Of a DNA stretch of 64,000 bases, positions 1-16,119 are shown piece after piece. A program made the translations under genes and the position numbers. How positions within the stretch are numbered: position 1 is the first letter of the stretch; every line of letters starts with the position of its first letter. Under the pieces are notes generated by a model, which made no database searches, was not told the origin of the DNA, and saw nothing but the letters and a program-made list of their open reading frames with translations. The DNA is from Microbotryum violaceum (lineage: Eukaryota), in contig CDLV01000008.1 in NCBI GenBank assembly GCA_001244265.2, forward strand, positions 1,488,001-1,552,000. Reading direction: 5' to 3'.

Positions 1-2098
1 TCGCGGACTCGGCTGTCGAGCCTCGCATCTACGAAGTTGAACCTATACAGGAACACGAGTTAGTACATCAACTGCCGTTTCCTGGCTTGGAGCAGATTTC
101 GGCTTTACGGCCTGCGCTCGTACCCGAGCTTGGTCCGGCTTTTCGGCCAGCTCCCGCTCCTCTTCTTCGTTTCCAAGATATGGACGATGACGACGTTGCT
201 CCTCCTCCTTTACCGGCTGTCGGCCCGTTGGCCGAAGACGCCGAAGTTGAAGAGGACCCGATTGATCATCGACGCGAGGAAGCAGTTGAGGCTATCGACA
301 GTGACGATGACAACGGCCCTGCGGAACACGATCAACCATTACCTCCTGAGGATGGTTACGAGTATCGACCTTACCGTGTCGGCCGCAACCCCGGTGCGCT
401 CGAGAACGTCGATGCCGGCAATATTTTACCGACTCGCCTGCGTGCTCAGCGTCGTGCAGACGCCCTTCGTGTCGTGTCTACTCGCTCGGTCTACCGTCAT
501 CCACCAGAGCTCATTGCTATGGTTTCGTCTTGTCACACCCCGCTTCCCAAGACGTTTGCGGAAGCGATAGCCTCTTCTGAGGCCAAACACTGGATGGCCG
601 CTTCTGAGAAGGAGTTGGGCTCATTCAAGTTGCACAAGGTCTTCAAGCTTACAAGGCTACCCACCGGGGCTCGCGCCCTGGGCTATCGTTGGGTGTTCAC
701 TCGGAAGGAAGACGCTGAAGGCAACATCATCAGCTACAAGGCTCGTCTCGTCATCCAAGGCTTTGCTCAACGACTTGGGATTGACTACAACGAGACGTTT
801 GCTCCTGTCTCGTCGATCACGACAATCTTGTTTCTCATCGCAATGTCTGCCGCTGTCGGACTCGTCCTCGAACAGTTTGACTATGATTCTGCGTTTCTCA
901 ACGGGATCATGGAGGAGGATATCTGCATGAAGGTTCCTGAGGGATGGACTGGTGGTTCTCGGCCCGGTCACGCTCTCAAGCTCCTGAAATCCATGTATGG
1001 CACCAAGCAAGCTCCTCGGCAATGGAACGCGGCTCTCCACAAGCTGATGACGGATCGCGGCTATACGCGCTCAAATGTCGATGCTTGTCTGTATTTCAAG
1101 TATCATGGCAAGTCGTTTGCGATCATCACATTGTATGTTGATGATGGGCTTGCTGCATCGAACGACCAGGCTTTTCTGGACTCCGAGATTTCGGCTTTCG
1201 ATGCAGTCTACAAGCTCAAGCGACTTGGCCCGGTCAAGACGTTCCGTTTGTTCGAACCAAGGATTTCATCTTCGTCCACCAATCGAAGTACATTCGAGGC
1301 TTACTCGAACACTATACTTTCGAAAACAAGTCGAAGAAGCCGGTCGCGACTCCCATGGAGGATCGCGTCATCTCGTCTTCTACCGCACCGTTCTCCGACA
1401 TCCTTGTATATCAATCGGCGGTGGGAGCTTTACAATACGCTGCGCAACGTGTTCGTCCCGATATCGTGACTTCCGTTTGTGCGGTGGCAAAGTGCGTGGC
1501 TGCTCCAACCGAAGGAGACTGGATCTGCGTCAAGCGAATCTTTCGCTATCTTTCTGACACCGTCGACTATGGGCTACTCTACCGCGTAGGCGGTTCTACC
1601 AAGTTCGAGGTGTACAGTGACGCGTCGTTTGGTTGCGATCACAACAACGGCAGATCTGTGGGAGCGTATGTCGTTATCATGGCTGGCGCTGCTATTTCCT
1701 GGAAGTCGAAACAACAGACGATGGTTGCTTCTTCTACAGCAGAGTCTGAGACTCTGGCTGCTTCAACCGCAGCAAAGGAGGCTATCGGTCTTCGCAACCT
1801 GGCGTCCAAACTTCGCATCAATCAAGGTCAATCTACTGTTCTGCACAAGGACAACCAACCTTGCATCGATTTGGCGAAGAATCCTGGAGCTCGAGGTCGT
1901 ACTTGCCATTGGAATGTACATCATTTCTATTTACGCGAACGAATCGAGGTTGGCGATATCGATCTCCGCTACTGTCCGACCAATCTGAACACGGCCGACA
2001 TCTTGACAAAACCCCTATCCAAGCTCAAGTTCTCTACGCATCGCGAAGGACTCGGGATGGTCTCGCTGGCTACCTTGGCATGTGGGAGTGTCGTTTGA
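1..2098 (+). pseudogene. Ty1/Copia pol 3' part (RT + RNase H), frameshifted; the element starts left of the window
   Basis: ORF 87-1469 has [21 protein letters not shown] and LYVDD; ORF 1355-2098 has YSDASF...DNQ...ADILTK (Copia RNase H); frame change near 1245. Confidence 0.93.
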
Positions 2099-2540
2099 TA
2101 TGGGTCTGTGCCTGTGGTATCTGCGCAGATGCGCGTGCGTTTAGTCATTAGTCACTTTGGTATTGGAGTTTGATCTGTTTGAGTTAGGGAGCGCGCGGGG
2201 CTTTTCTTCCCGCGCGGCTGTTTACTCTTGGTAGCTTTCTCATCACTCGCTCCACATTGTGGTCCTGACTTCTCGGTGTTGTGCACCCTCACCTATCGGA
2301 AGGCTTTACTTCCGCGCTCTCATTGTTTCTGCGATAGATTTGACGTGGAAGGAGGTAATTTGGTTGATTCGCTCAGTGGTGGTGTTGCAGGACCCTTTGA
2401 CAGGTCTGAAGGTCCTTGTGGTGACTCAGAAAACCCGATGCCAGCTAGACAAGCAGGTGCAGCGAACGAGATCAAAGGCTCAGGCATGTTGGCGTCACTG
2501 ACGTAGGTGTAAGGCGCCGCTCCGCTTACGCCTCACAACA
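2089..2540 (+). repeat. Putative 3' LTR of the first Copia element
   Basis: TG follows the purine tract (tgtgggag) at the pol end; candidate end ...CACAACA at 2540; no partner LTR in the window, so the right boundary is uncertain. Confidence 0.5.
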
Positions 2541-2602
2541 ACCTCAGCGGCCGAAGCCTTACTTGCGCGCGGCGCCACGGGCGCCTCTTGACCTTAGTCC
2601 TT

Positions 2603-4287
2603 TTAGTAGTCTTTCTTTGCCTGCGAATTACACCGTTTGATCCTTTCAGTTTGGACTCGGAACCAGTGAGGCTCGAGAGCAATCTCGTGCCTTTCAGTAG
2701 GATGAAGGTACCCGATTGCGTGACTTGATCTCTTTGATATGAGCGCGGACGTTGCCTTGCTCGTGATAAGTGGAACTCCTGACATAGCCGTCTGTTTTCA
2801 AAGCAAAGGCGAGAATAGTTTTAGATGAGGATAATGGGTTGGTGGTAACGCTATGCCAGGCCCTTACCGGTCGCATGACTTTCAATTCGGTCTGTCATTC
2901 TCGCAAAGTCAATAAGTCGCATCACCCCTTCCACCGGTCCAAAGCGTTCGCCACCACATGAATGGATTAGGAGCCAGTGGGAAGATTCCACCGCATTTGT
3001 TGTGGTAGCCACACATCTTTCTGCGGATCCATTGAGTTCCTTGAATACCACATTTTGAATCGCCGGTCGTGTCCACTATTTGATCCAATTCTCTGACACA
3101 GGAAACTCATCGATTGTGCGCTTTGCCATGGACTCAATCGATGCATGGGACTTCGCGTTGCGCATGGTGTTGACCAGCATTGCAAATCGTTCGCGCTCCG
3201 TTTGCGTACTGAGATGTTGGACCCCGAACCTCCTGACCTGCTCAATGAAGTGAAAGGCGCACCCGCTTGCCGCCTTCTCGCCAATCTGAATAGCCTCTGC
3301 AGTCCACTGTGACACCTGATTGGGTGTGACGTTCAAGCGTCCCACATCTGCGGTCTTGCGTGCCACATACCAATCCGAAATGGCTTGGCGAAGACCCGAA
3401 ATCTGCGCGCTTGAATAATCGACAACAAATGTGACTCCGTTGACGATGCCCTCCACGCTATAATTGGCATCGTCAAGAATCTGGAATAGGTGCGCAAAAT
3501 GTCGGCGGTAGAAGCCCGATTGCTCGTGGTTGCCGACGGAGTACAGGATCGGAAACCAGCGACAAGCGCTTGGCGAATAGCAGACCGCGGCGAGCAACAC
3601 CCAATTGTCGCGAAAGCAGGTGTTGTGAGCATCGGTAGGCCATCCCAAATTGCCTTCGACTAGCCGGTCGTCAATCGTTTCCAAGAGCCTCGCTTTCATC
3701 TGAGGAGTCTGGATGCCAAATGACGTCTCAGAGTCGGTTAGCGAATTGGAGGTGATCTTCGACTTCGACCGCGACCCATCGTTCCTGGGTTGCTTCCGAG
3801 GGTCAGGATCGTGTATTTGCTCGGCAAGTGGCTGCCCTTGGCGCTGTCCCGGTATTTCAATGTACGCAAGGCAACCGGCATTGGCAACAGCTTCAATAGC
3901 TGACCTCAACGTGTCGGGCAGGGCTCCATTACGCTTACTGTGGCCCACTCTTGGTGCGTATCTCGAGATTGATCGAGTGCTGTCGAAGACAGGGCAAATC
4001 TCAGAGGCGGACGGCCGATGACGAGGGTCCTGCGGAAATGCGGTCATTTGTCCCATGCGCAGCTTGGCGGCCGATGCTTGTGGAGCGGCTTTATGCAATT
4101 GTTGCAGCTCTTCCAGATGTTGCTGGGACGGATGCGACACCAGAGTCGGAGGATGTAAATGGTACCCTGAATGCCAGATATATATTTCCCCCGGGCATTC
4201 CTCACGCTGCCCTCGGGCAATCGTAGCGGAGCATAGGATGTGCCCCATCGGTCCGTTACAGCTTGTGATTGGACACGGCGGTAACTC
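2603..4287 (-). pseudogene. Mutator-like (MULE) DDE transposase, central and C-terminal part, including the second half of a GCM-like Zn domain
   Basis: CPITSCNGPMGHILC...HSGYHLHPP (GCM-like C-half); TDAH...VVDYSSAQ...GCAFHF (D, D, CxxH); TTTNAVESSH (E) in ORF 2851-3051; interrupted by Copia-A. Confidence 0.75.
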
Positions 4288-4292
4288 GTCTG

Positions 4293-4564
4293 TTTTAGCA
4301 CATCTGAGGCCCGAGGCACGAGGTACGTAAGTACGAGAGCCGAAGATGGTAGTAAAGATAGTTGTGGTATATTGCAAGACTGACCTGAGGCCCAAAGCAC
4401 GAGGTACGTAAGTACGAGAGCCGAAGATGGTAGTAAAGATACTTGGAGAAGAGAGAGAAGAGCCAAGTGCGTGCGCACTAGGGAGGCTAGGGGCGCGCGG
4501 CTAATATCAACAACTAGATACTAATCTATTCTAAGTGGGAGGAAACAGTAATACCCTTTTGACA
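4293..4564 (-). repeat. Copia-A 3' LTR (272 bp, two internal repeat units)
   Basis: Matches 14313-14503 plus an extra 81-bp block (4304-4384). Confidence 0.95.
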
Positions 4565-4578
4565 CCCCCCCCGTGCTG

Positions 4579-8794
<4,216 letters not shown>

Positions 8795-8799
8795 GGGGA

Positions 8800-9273
8800 T
8801 ATGATGTTAAGCAACGCACAGACCTGCTCAAGCAGTGGTAAGTCTCTGATCGACGGACCAAAGGAGACCAGACCAAGAAGTTGCTTTACACACCTGCTCA
8901 AGCAGTGGTAAGTCTCTGATCGACGGACCAAAGGAGACCAGACCAAGAAGTTGCTTTACACACCTATCCAACAACTACAGGTAAGCTATCACGACTAGTG
9001 GTATTGGAGTTGGTAGTGATGTGTAGTACTCACCTGCTCAAGCAGTGGTAAGTCTCTGATCGACGGACCAAAGGAGACCAGACCAAGAAGTTGCTTGAGC
9101 AGGAGAGAGAGAGGCGCGCAGGACCAGCTAGTTGGGGGCAAGTGCGCGCGTCTGGCCAGAAGACGGAAGATAGACGGCAAAGGCCGGGTCTAAAGGAGAA
9201 TAAAGGTAGAGACACAGGGGCCATGATGCTAGAAGGAAATAGGAGAGAATTAAAGTACTTTGAGAATCTCACA
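8800..9273 (-). repeat. Copia-B 3' LTR (474 bp, three copies of the internal unit)
   Basis: Unit cctgctcaagcagtggtaag...agaagttgctt occurs three times. Confidence 0.95.
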
Positions 9274-9290
9274 CCCCCCGACTTCGAGCA

Positions 9291-12200
9291 TCAGGGAGAG
9301 CAGATGCCAAGGCGGCCACGGTGACGCGCAAAGAGGTCGCGGGCTAGAGCCTTAGTGAAAATGTCGGCGGTCATGTCGGCCGTGTTGATGTACTGGACAG
9401 CGACATCACCAAGGGCGACCATGTCGCGGACGAAGTGCTCGCGAAGCCGGATGTGGCGGGTGCGGGCATGGAAAACCGGGTTCCGAGTGAGAGCGTTGGC
9501 GCCTTGGTTGTCGCCAAGCACGAGAGTCGGAGCAGAAGAGGGGAGACCCAACTCACCAAAGAGTTGACGCAGGAAAACGGCTTCCTTGCCGGCATGCGAG
9601 AGGGCCAGGTATTCGGCGTCGCAAGTGGAGTCGGCCACGCGAGACTGGAGGCGCGAGGACCACGAGATGGCGCCACCAGCATAGAGGAAAGCATAGCCCA
9701 TGGTCGACTTGGAGGAGAGCACACAGGCACCCCAGTTGCAATCGGAGTAGCCAATTACGGGAGCAGAGTCGCCGTGGGAATAGCACAGGCCGTGCGAGAG
9801 TGTTCCAGCAAGGTAACGGAAAACGTGTTTGATAGCACCCCAGGCAGCTTCGGATGGGGACCGGGAGAATCGAGCCAAGTAACCGACAGCGTAGGCCAGA
9901 TCGGGGCGAGTGCCAGTGGATGCGTACATGAGCGAGCCAACGGCCTGAAGATAGCGGGTGCGGTCCGCAAATGGGGTAGGGTTGGTCTCAATCTCAAGGT
10001 GGAGGTCGGATTTCATCGGGGTGGCAACCGGGTGGGCGTTCGACATGCCAAAACGAGCGAGGATGTCCTTGAGGTACTGCTCCTGGCTTAGCGTGATCGA
10101 GCCATCGGAGGAACGCCGGATTTGGATGCCCAGGACATATTCCGCTTCACCAAGACGCTTGACACCGTAACATCGTTCAAGGCCCTGGAGGGTGCGCTCA
10201 ATTTCGGGTAGGGAGGGACCAATCATGAGGAGGTCGTCGACGTAAAGCGCGATGTAGTGGTGGACGTCCCCAACGGTTTTGACGTAGACGCAGTGGTCGG
10301 ACTCAGTGGCAATATAACCCAGCCCAAGGAGGGTAGAGTCAATTTCGTCGTTCCAGATGCGACCAGCCTGGCGTAAGCCGTAGAGGGAACGGTGCAATTG
10401 TAGAACTTGACCGGGCAGGGCAATGCCCTCGGGGACACGCATGTACAAAGGCTTGTCGAGCTTCCCATGAAGATACGCTTTGTCGATGTCAGCCTGGTGA
10501 ACGTGGTAGCCTCGGGCAGCAGACAGGGCCAGCAGAGCACGAATTGAAGTGAACTTGGCAACGGGCGCAAAGGTCTCGTCGAAATCGATACCGGATCGTT
10601 GGGAATCACCGCGGGCGACAAGGCGGCCTTTGTATGACTTGACCTTCCCGAACTGGTCGCGTTTGGTGCGGAAAACGAAGCGAGAGCCGATGATTTTGGC
10701 GTCGGCGGGGACGAGGGATTGGTCGATGGGCGTGAAAGCGGAGAAATCGCGAGAGAGTGAGTCAAATTCATCACGAGCCGCAAGACGCCACTCATCTGCC
10801 TGTGGTGAAGCCATAGCAGCACGCCAGTGGGGTGGGTCGCGCGCAGGGGCAACAAGCTCAGCGGGGTCGACGGTAGAAGTGTCCAGAAGGGCGGCAGCGG
10901 CGTCCGCAAGGTAGCACACAGGCGCAGGTGAGTGAAGGGCGTCATCAACATCATCGGAGAACTCCGGGGCAAGGCATAGGGCGGAGAAATCATAGGAGCT
11001 GGGCCGGAGTCGAGGAGAGGGACAAGGCGTAGAAAAAGCCGAGTCAGGGCTGCCCTGGTCAGGGGCGCCGCCTTGGTCAGAGGCGAAGGGTGCGGGCAAT
11101 GCCTGGTCAGGGACATTACGAGCAAGGGCCGGCGAGCCTTGGTCAGAGGCATCAGGTGCCGGATAAGCTGCTCAGCGCGAGGCACAGGGGAGCGGGGGGG
11201 ACAGGAAGCAACGGCTGGGGGGGTCAGCCTGGTCAGGGCGTGACGCAACAACATCTGGGAGAGGGTTGGCCGGAGAGAACAAGGCGGGAGTCGGTGTCGA
11301 GGCGGGGAACTCGGATTCACAGAAAAGGACGTTCCGACTGAGGAGCACCTTGCGAGTAGTCGGATGGAACAGGCGGTAGGCCTTTGAATGGTCGTCGAGA
11401 CCAACGAAGATGAGCGGTATGGCCTTAGGGTCGAGGGCAGAGCGGGACGTCGAAGGAAGGCAATGCCAGGCACGGCAGCCGAAGGTGCGAAGGGAGGAAA
11501 TATCCGGCGCGTAACCATACCAACGAGCGTCGGGAATGTCGCCATTGATGCCGGCATGGGGTGTCATGTTCTTGCATCGGACAAAGTACATAGCAGCTTC
11601 ACCCCAGAGTCGCGAGTCGACACCGGCCGAGTAGGCAAGGGCAAGGATGCCCTCCTTGATGGTGCGGTTGGGGCGCTCAACCCGGCCGTTCTGCTGGGGC
11701 GTGTAGGGTATTGTGAGTTCCCGACGAATACCCCTGCTGCAGCAGAAATCGACGAAACTGCGCAGCGTGAATTCACCGCCATTGTCGGAGCGAATGGTCT
11801 TTACGCTGTCGCCGGTCGCTCGCTCAACCTCAAGGATCCAATCACGAAGACGCGGGAAGGTGTCGCTCTTGCGTGCAAGGAGGATACACCAGTGCTTGCG
11901 GGTGTGGTCGTCAACAATCACAAGCATGTAACGATGGCCGCCGAAGCTAACGTGTGGCATCTGGGCAAGGTCGACATGGATCAGGCCGAGGCGCTGGGAG
12001 GCAATCGACGTGGAGCGGGCGAATGGAAGGGCATGCGCTTTGGAAGCGAGACATGCATTGCAATGGAAGGTCCTACACTCCTCGTCCGAGTAATCCCACG
12101 CCACACCAGTAACCATCCCTTTTTGAACGATTTTCTTGAGAAGGAGGACGGGGAGGTGCGCAAGGCGGTTGTGTAGGGTAAGCAAGGACACGTGGGAGGG

Positions 12201-13559
12201 CGAAGCGAGCAGAGCGTGGGGCCTACAAGGTGCAGGAGTGAGGTCCAGAGTGTAGAGGTCATTGGCGATGGCCCGAGCGGTGGCGACAGCGGTACCAGCG
12301 GCGTTGCGGATGGTGGCGACGTTGGAACCGAACGAGACCGTGAAACCGAGGCGGTCGAGGCGTCGAACGGACAACAAGTTGCAAGGCAACGAGGGCACAT
12401 GAAGAACGTCAGCAACGGCAATGCGACCGGAAGTCGTGTCGAGCGCCACGGAGCCGGAACCGGTGGATGGTAGGGAGCCCGCAACACCAGCAACGTGCGG
12501 TCCCTTGACGGGCTGCAAGTGCGTAAAGAGGCGAACGTCGTTGGCCATATGCCGAATGGCGCCGGAGTCCAGGAGCCAGGCCCCCTTGTCGAACGGGGAG
12601 GAGGCCGAGAGAAAGCAGGCGGAGTAGATCGCAGGTGAGAGGTGCTCGTCGGCGACAGATGGCGCGGCAGCGGGAGAGGCAGCGGGCTGGGAAGGCTTGC
12701 GTTCGCCGGCGGGCTTGTTACTGTTCTCGATGGCACGACGCGCGCGGAAGGAGGCTGCCCAAGCGGTGTCGGGGCAGTCCCTGAGCCAATGCATCTTGCG
12801 ACACTTTGGGTTGGGGCACGGGGTTCGAGGAGCGCGGGTGTCGCGAGCGGAGGATCGAGCAAGCGCCGCGGTGGGAGCGTCGACTGGACGAGCGCGAATG
12901 TCGCGTAGGAGGCGATCGAAAATCGCCGAGACAGACGGCAGGGTTGTCGAATCACCCTGGTCGTTGACGAAGGTCGAGCGCCACGACTCGAGCGATGGCG
13001 GTAGCCGGGAGAGGAGGTGCGAGGCGACGAGAGAGTCGACAGTGACCTTCGACGAGGTGAGCAGACGAAGCTGATTCTCGAAACCGTCACGGAACTGGAG
13101 GAACGAGTCCGTGGTGGCGGGGAGCTCCTCGGTGCTGAAGAGCGTGACTACGGCCGGAAGGAGGTCAACAGCCGAGGTGGCGCCGTAACGAGAACGGAGA
13201 GCCTGCCAGATCTTCGGCGCGCCGTCGCTATCGTCGAGGAAGGTCGACAAACCGGGGAGGACCAAGCGAGGGTCGACAGACGAGCAGAGCGAGGAAAGGG
13301 CGTAGTGGTCCCATAACGGGACGAGCGAGGGGGGCCACGAAGTGCATGGCTCACCGCTCTCCAGGTACCGGAGGACACCGGCCGGCAAACGCGAGCGGAC
13401 GACAAGGAGCCAATCCTGGTAGCCCGCCGAGTCGCGGAGGAGTTCCGTTGCAGCAAACGAGGCTGGCTGCTGCGGCGGACGAGCGACGATAGGGGCGATA
13501 GCGGCTTCAAGGGAGGTGCCGGGCTGGGGCGTAGCGCCGGGCGCGGACTTGGGAGGCAT
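9291..13559 (-). CDS. Copia-B Gag-Pol polyprotein with one frameshift near 11100-11220
   Basis: CPNPKCRKMHWLRDC; WLLDSGA; HNRLAH...CNAC; HVDL...RSDNGGEF...PQQNGRVER; RT LYVDD; RH YSDCNW...ADIFTK. The break lies near G-homopolymers (real indel or sequencing error). Confidence 0.9.
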
Positions 13560-13630
13560 AGCAGGGCGGCGCGAGCGTGCGAAGAAAAAAAACGAAACGG
13601 ACGCGAAAGCGACCGTGCTGGTAGATCGTG

Positions 13631-13643
13631 TGGGCTTATAACC
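13631..13643 (-). promoter_or_regulatory. Copia-B primer-binding site (half-tRNA-iMet type)
   Basis: GGTTATAAGCCCA directly after the 5' LTR, resembling the GGTTATG(A/G)GCCC PBS of copia/Ty5. Confidence 0.8.
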
Positions 13644-14047
13644 TATGATGTTAAGCAACGCACAGACCTGCTCAAGCAGTGGTAAGTCTCTGATCGACGG
13701 ACCAAAGGAGACCAGACCAAGAAGTTGCTTTACACACCTATCCAACAACTACAGGTAAGCTATCACGACTAGTGGTATTGGAGTTGGTAGTGATGTGTAG
13801 TACTCACCTGCTCAAGCAGTGGTAAGTCTCTGATCGACGGACCAAAGGAGACCAGACCAAGAAGTTGCTTGAGCAGGAGAGAGAGAGGCGCGCAGGACCA
13901 GCTAGTTGGGGGCAAGTGCGCGCGTCTGGCCAGAAGACGGAAGATAGACGGCAAAGGCCGGGTCTAAAGGAGAATAAAGGTAGAGACACAGGGGCCATGA
14001 TGCTAGAAGGAAATAGGAGAGAATTAAAGTACTTTGAGAATCTCACA
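13644..14047 (-). repeat. Copia-B 5' LTR (404 bp, two copies of the internal unit)
   Basis: Direct repeat of 8800-9273 lacking 70 bp. Confidence 0.95.
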
Positions 14048-14300
14048 GGGGAATGCCGGAGGGCTCGTGGGCGGCAGCAGGTTCCGCTTGGACACGTCGT
14101 CGTCATCGACAGAGCGGCGTTTCTTGACGAGGCCGTCGAATTGCTCGCGTGTGAGTAGAACGTGCATGGGAGGGACGACTATGTTGGGTTGGCTCGACAA
14201 TGGCGAAGGTGGAGGGGGCGGTGTGCCCGTCTCATCGTTGCCGGCCATGCTGTTTTCGTCGTCGCTGTCGGGAAGGGCGATGTTGGCTGGTAGATTGGTG

Positions 14301-14312
14301 TGGCTCATAACC
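14301..14312 (-). promoter_or_regulatory. Copia-A primer-binding site (half-tRNA-iMet type), containing the gag ATG
   Basis: GGTTATGAGCCA abuts the LTR; ORF 14024-14308 starts at its ATG. Confidence 0.85.
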
Positions 14313-14503
14313 TTTTAGCACATCTGAGGCCCGAGGCACGAGGTACGTAAGTACGAGAGCCGAAGATGGTAGTAAAGATAGTTGGAGAAGAGAGAGAAGA
14401 GCCAAGTGCGCGCGCACTAGGGAGGCTAGAGGTGCGCGGCTAATATCAACAACTAGATACTAATCTATTCTAAGTGGGAGGAAACAGTAATACCCTTTTG
14501 ACA
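14313..14503 (-). repeat. Copia-A 5' LTR (191 bp, single unit)
   Basis: Direct repeat of 4293-4564 lacking 81 bp. Confidence 0.95.
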
Positions 14504-14517
14504 GTCTGAAGGCCTCA

Positions 14518-14834
14518 CGGTAACGAGGCGAGGCGCGCGCCCGGAGGCTCGATTGGTTTTAAGGCAGTGGATTAGACTTAGTGTCTGAGTGGATTATAGT
14601 CTTGCACGTGGGCCTATGCCTTCGCAAAGCAGACTCCTTTGTTTATCTTTTCTTTAATCACTCGTTCCTTGACTATCAGTTCTGACACTGCGCTGCATAT
14701 CATCCTACCGCTGCCACCTATATAGGTTAGTTGCAATACTTCAATCACTTGTTCCTCAACTATCCGTTCTGACACTGCGCTGCGTATCATCCTACCGCTG
14801 CCACCTCTATAGGTGGTGCACTTTTACATCAACA
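14518..14834 (+). repeat. Solo LTR split by an inversion (its first 15 bp lie at 16120-16134, minus strand)
   Basis: Ends ...CATCAACA; the intact counterpart TGTTG...CAACA is at 39411-39666; internal duplication with GTTAGT...TATAG. Confidence 0.7.
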
Positions 14835-15563
14835 TGCGCTCTCCCAGCCTGCTTAACAAACGGCTTCACTGAAAACTGATATTGTCCGCTTGCCTTTCTT
14901 AGTGTTGATGGTCAACTCTGAGGTTTCCTTGAAACCTCTCTTGGCGACTAACGTGCCGATGGTATTTACGCTGTTGGTGTCCAGCAACTTCATGGAGACA
15001 GGACATTGTTTCGTCTATCTACGAGATATTTTGGAAGAGGTTGCTGAGCTAACTGGCCTGGCTCTCCAAGGTATGCAAGACAAGATTAGATCAATTCCCA
15101 AGCAATGTTGACAGGCCACTCAGCCAGTTACTAACCGTTTAATTCGGCGACTTATCTGTGCCTTTGTACAGAGGACTCCTTCTTCGACTACTGGGTGGTC
15201 AACGACGCGGCTACGTCATCTACTCACTCGACTCCATGTCTTGCCTCCTGCCGGTACGACCAACTCGCAGCATTTACTGCTGCGACCGACTCTTCGGCAA
15301 GGTTCTCGGGTTGACCGGCTTCGTACTCGACATCGACTCGTTGCCAGCAGAAGCAGCCATTACCTTGAGAGTGCGCATAGCTTCATGAGTTGACGGATTC
15401 TACGTCGTTGGGCTTTAGTCGCTGAGCCGACTCTTGATTGCAAATGTCACAGGTCTACGAGCACAGCAAGGCTTGACTCCCATTCGTAAATATCACTACA
15501 AGACCTCAAGGCCGGGTAGATGCCCCTGTTCCAAGTGGCGCACCTTCTGCTTCCAAGCACGAC

Positions 15564-16119
15564 TTGCTTGTCAGGGAAAAGCGTGAAGCATCTCCAAGCG
15601 ACAGGATCTCCGGCAATCTACGTCCGAACACCGAACCATATTCAACGAATGACAAGCTCGTCAACAGTGAAGATCATGCGAATTTACCAACATATAGTGA
15701 AGGAAGGACAACGATGACGGACTTGATGCTCGAAGCATACCCACAAGAGATTGTTCTTGATCCTTGGCCGCCCAACGGGACTTGGGGCGACGTCCTCATT
15801 GTTCGTATGGATCCAGGCTCGAGCGGTGGCTTGTCACACATGTGGGCTTTCTCGGCGTCATCATCTCGAACCGATTCAAAAGGGCGATGGAAAGGCCCGC
15901 GTTTGGATGCAAACATCGAGTACAGCAAGTACAGCAAAAGACGTTGCATGGGCGTGTTCGTCTGTTGTGATCAATCATGCCCTGGCAAGCGTCGACCTCA
16001 CACATCGCTGTCGACAGCGAGTAGGTCGAAGTTGTTTCAGGAGGAGACTCCACAGCTCGTCACAGGACGCCCCAAGAAGGCTGCAACCCGCAAGCACCTC
16101 GCTCCAAACGTTGAGGCCT
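15564..16119 (+). pseudogene. N-terminal GCM-like domain of the MULE transposase (inverted segment)
   Basis: WAF...KRRCMGVFVCCDQSC...RRP resembles the GCM pattern WAM...KKSCLGV..C...C...RP and complements the half-domain ending at 4287. Confidence 0.7.

Larger units (their letters stand above)
8800..14047 (-). mobile_element. Copia-B LTR retrotransposon, young, nested in Copia-A gag
   Basis: LTRs 8800-9273 and 13644-14047 appear identical except for one 70-bp unit; TSD GGGGA at 8795-8799 and 14048-14052; PPT at 9274-9285; PBS GGTTATAAGCCCA. Confidence 0.97.

Noticed and set aside
4291-4292. Canonical CA end for Copia-A
   Set aside because: These bases belong to the GTCTG TSD and are absent at the 5' LTR/PBS junction
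8822-9096. Near-identical ~62-bp repeats with a spacer, superficially CRISPR-like
   Set aside because: They lie inside LTRs of a eukaryotic retroelement, have no variable spacers, and there are no cas genes
11100-11225. Programmed frameshift in Copia-B pol
   Set aside because: It lies between IN and RT near G-homopolymers; an indel or sequencing error is more likely
14518-14540. cggtaacgagg as a DNA-transposon terminus
   Set aside because: The second copy shows it is internal to a solo LTR cut by the inversion
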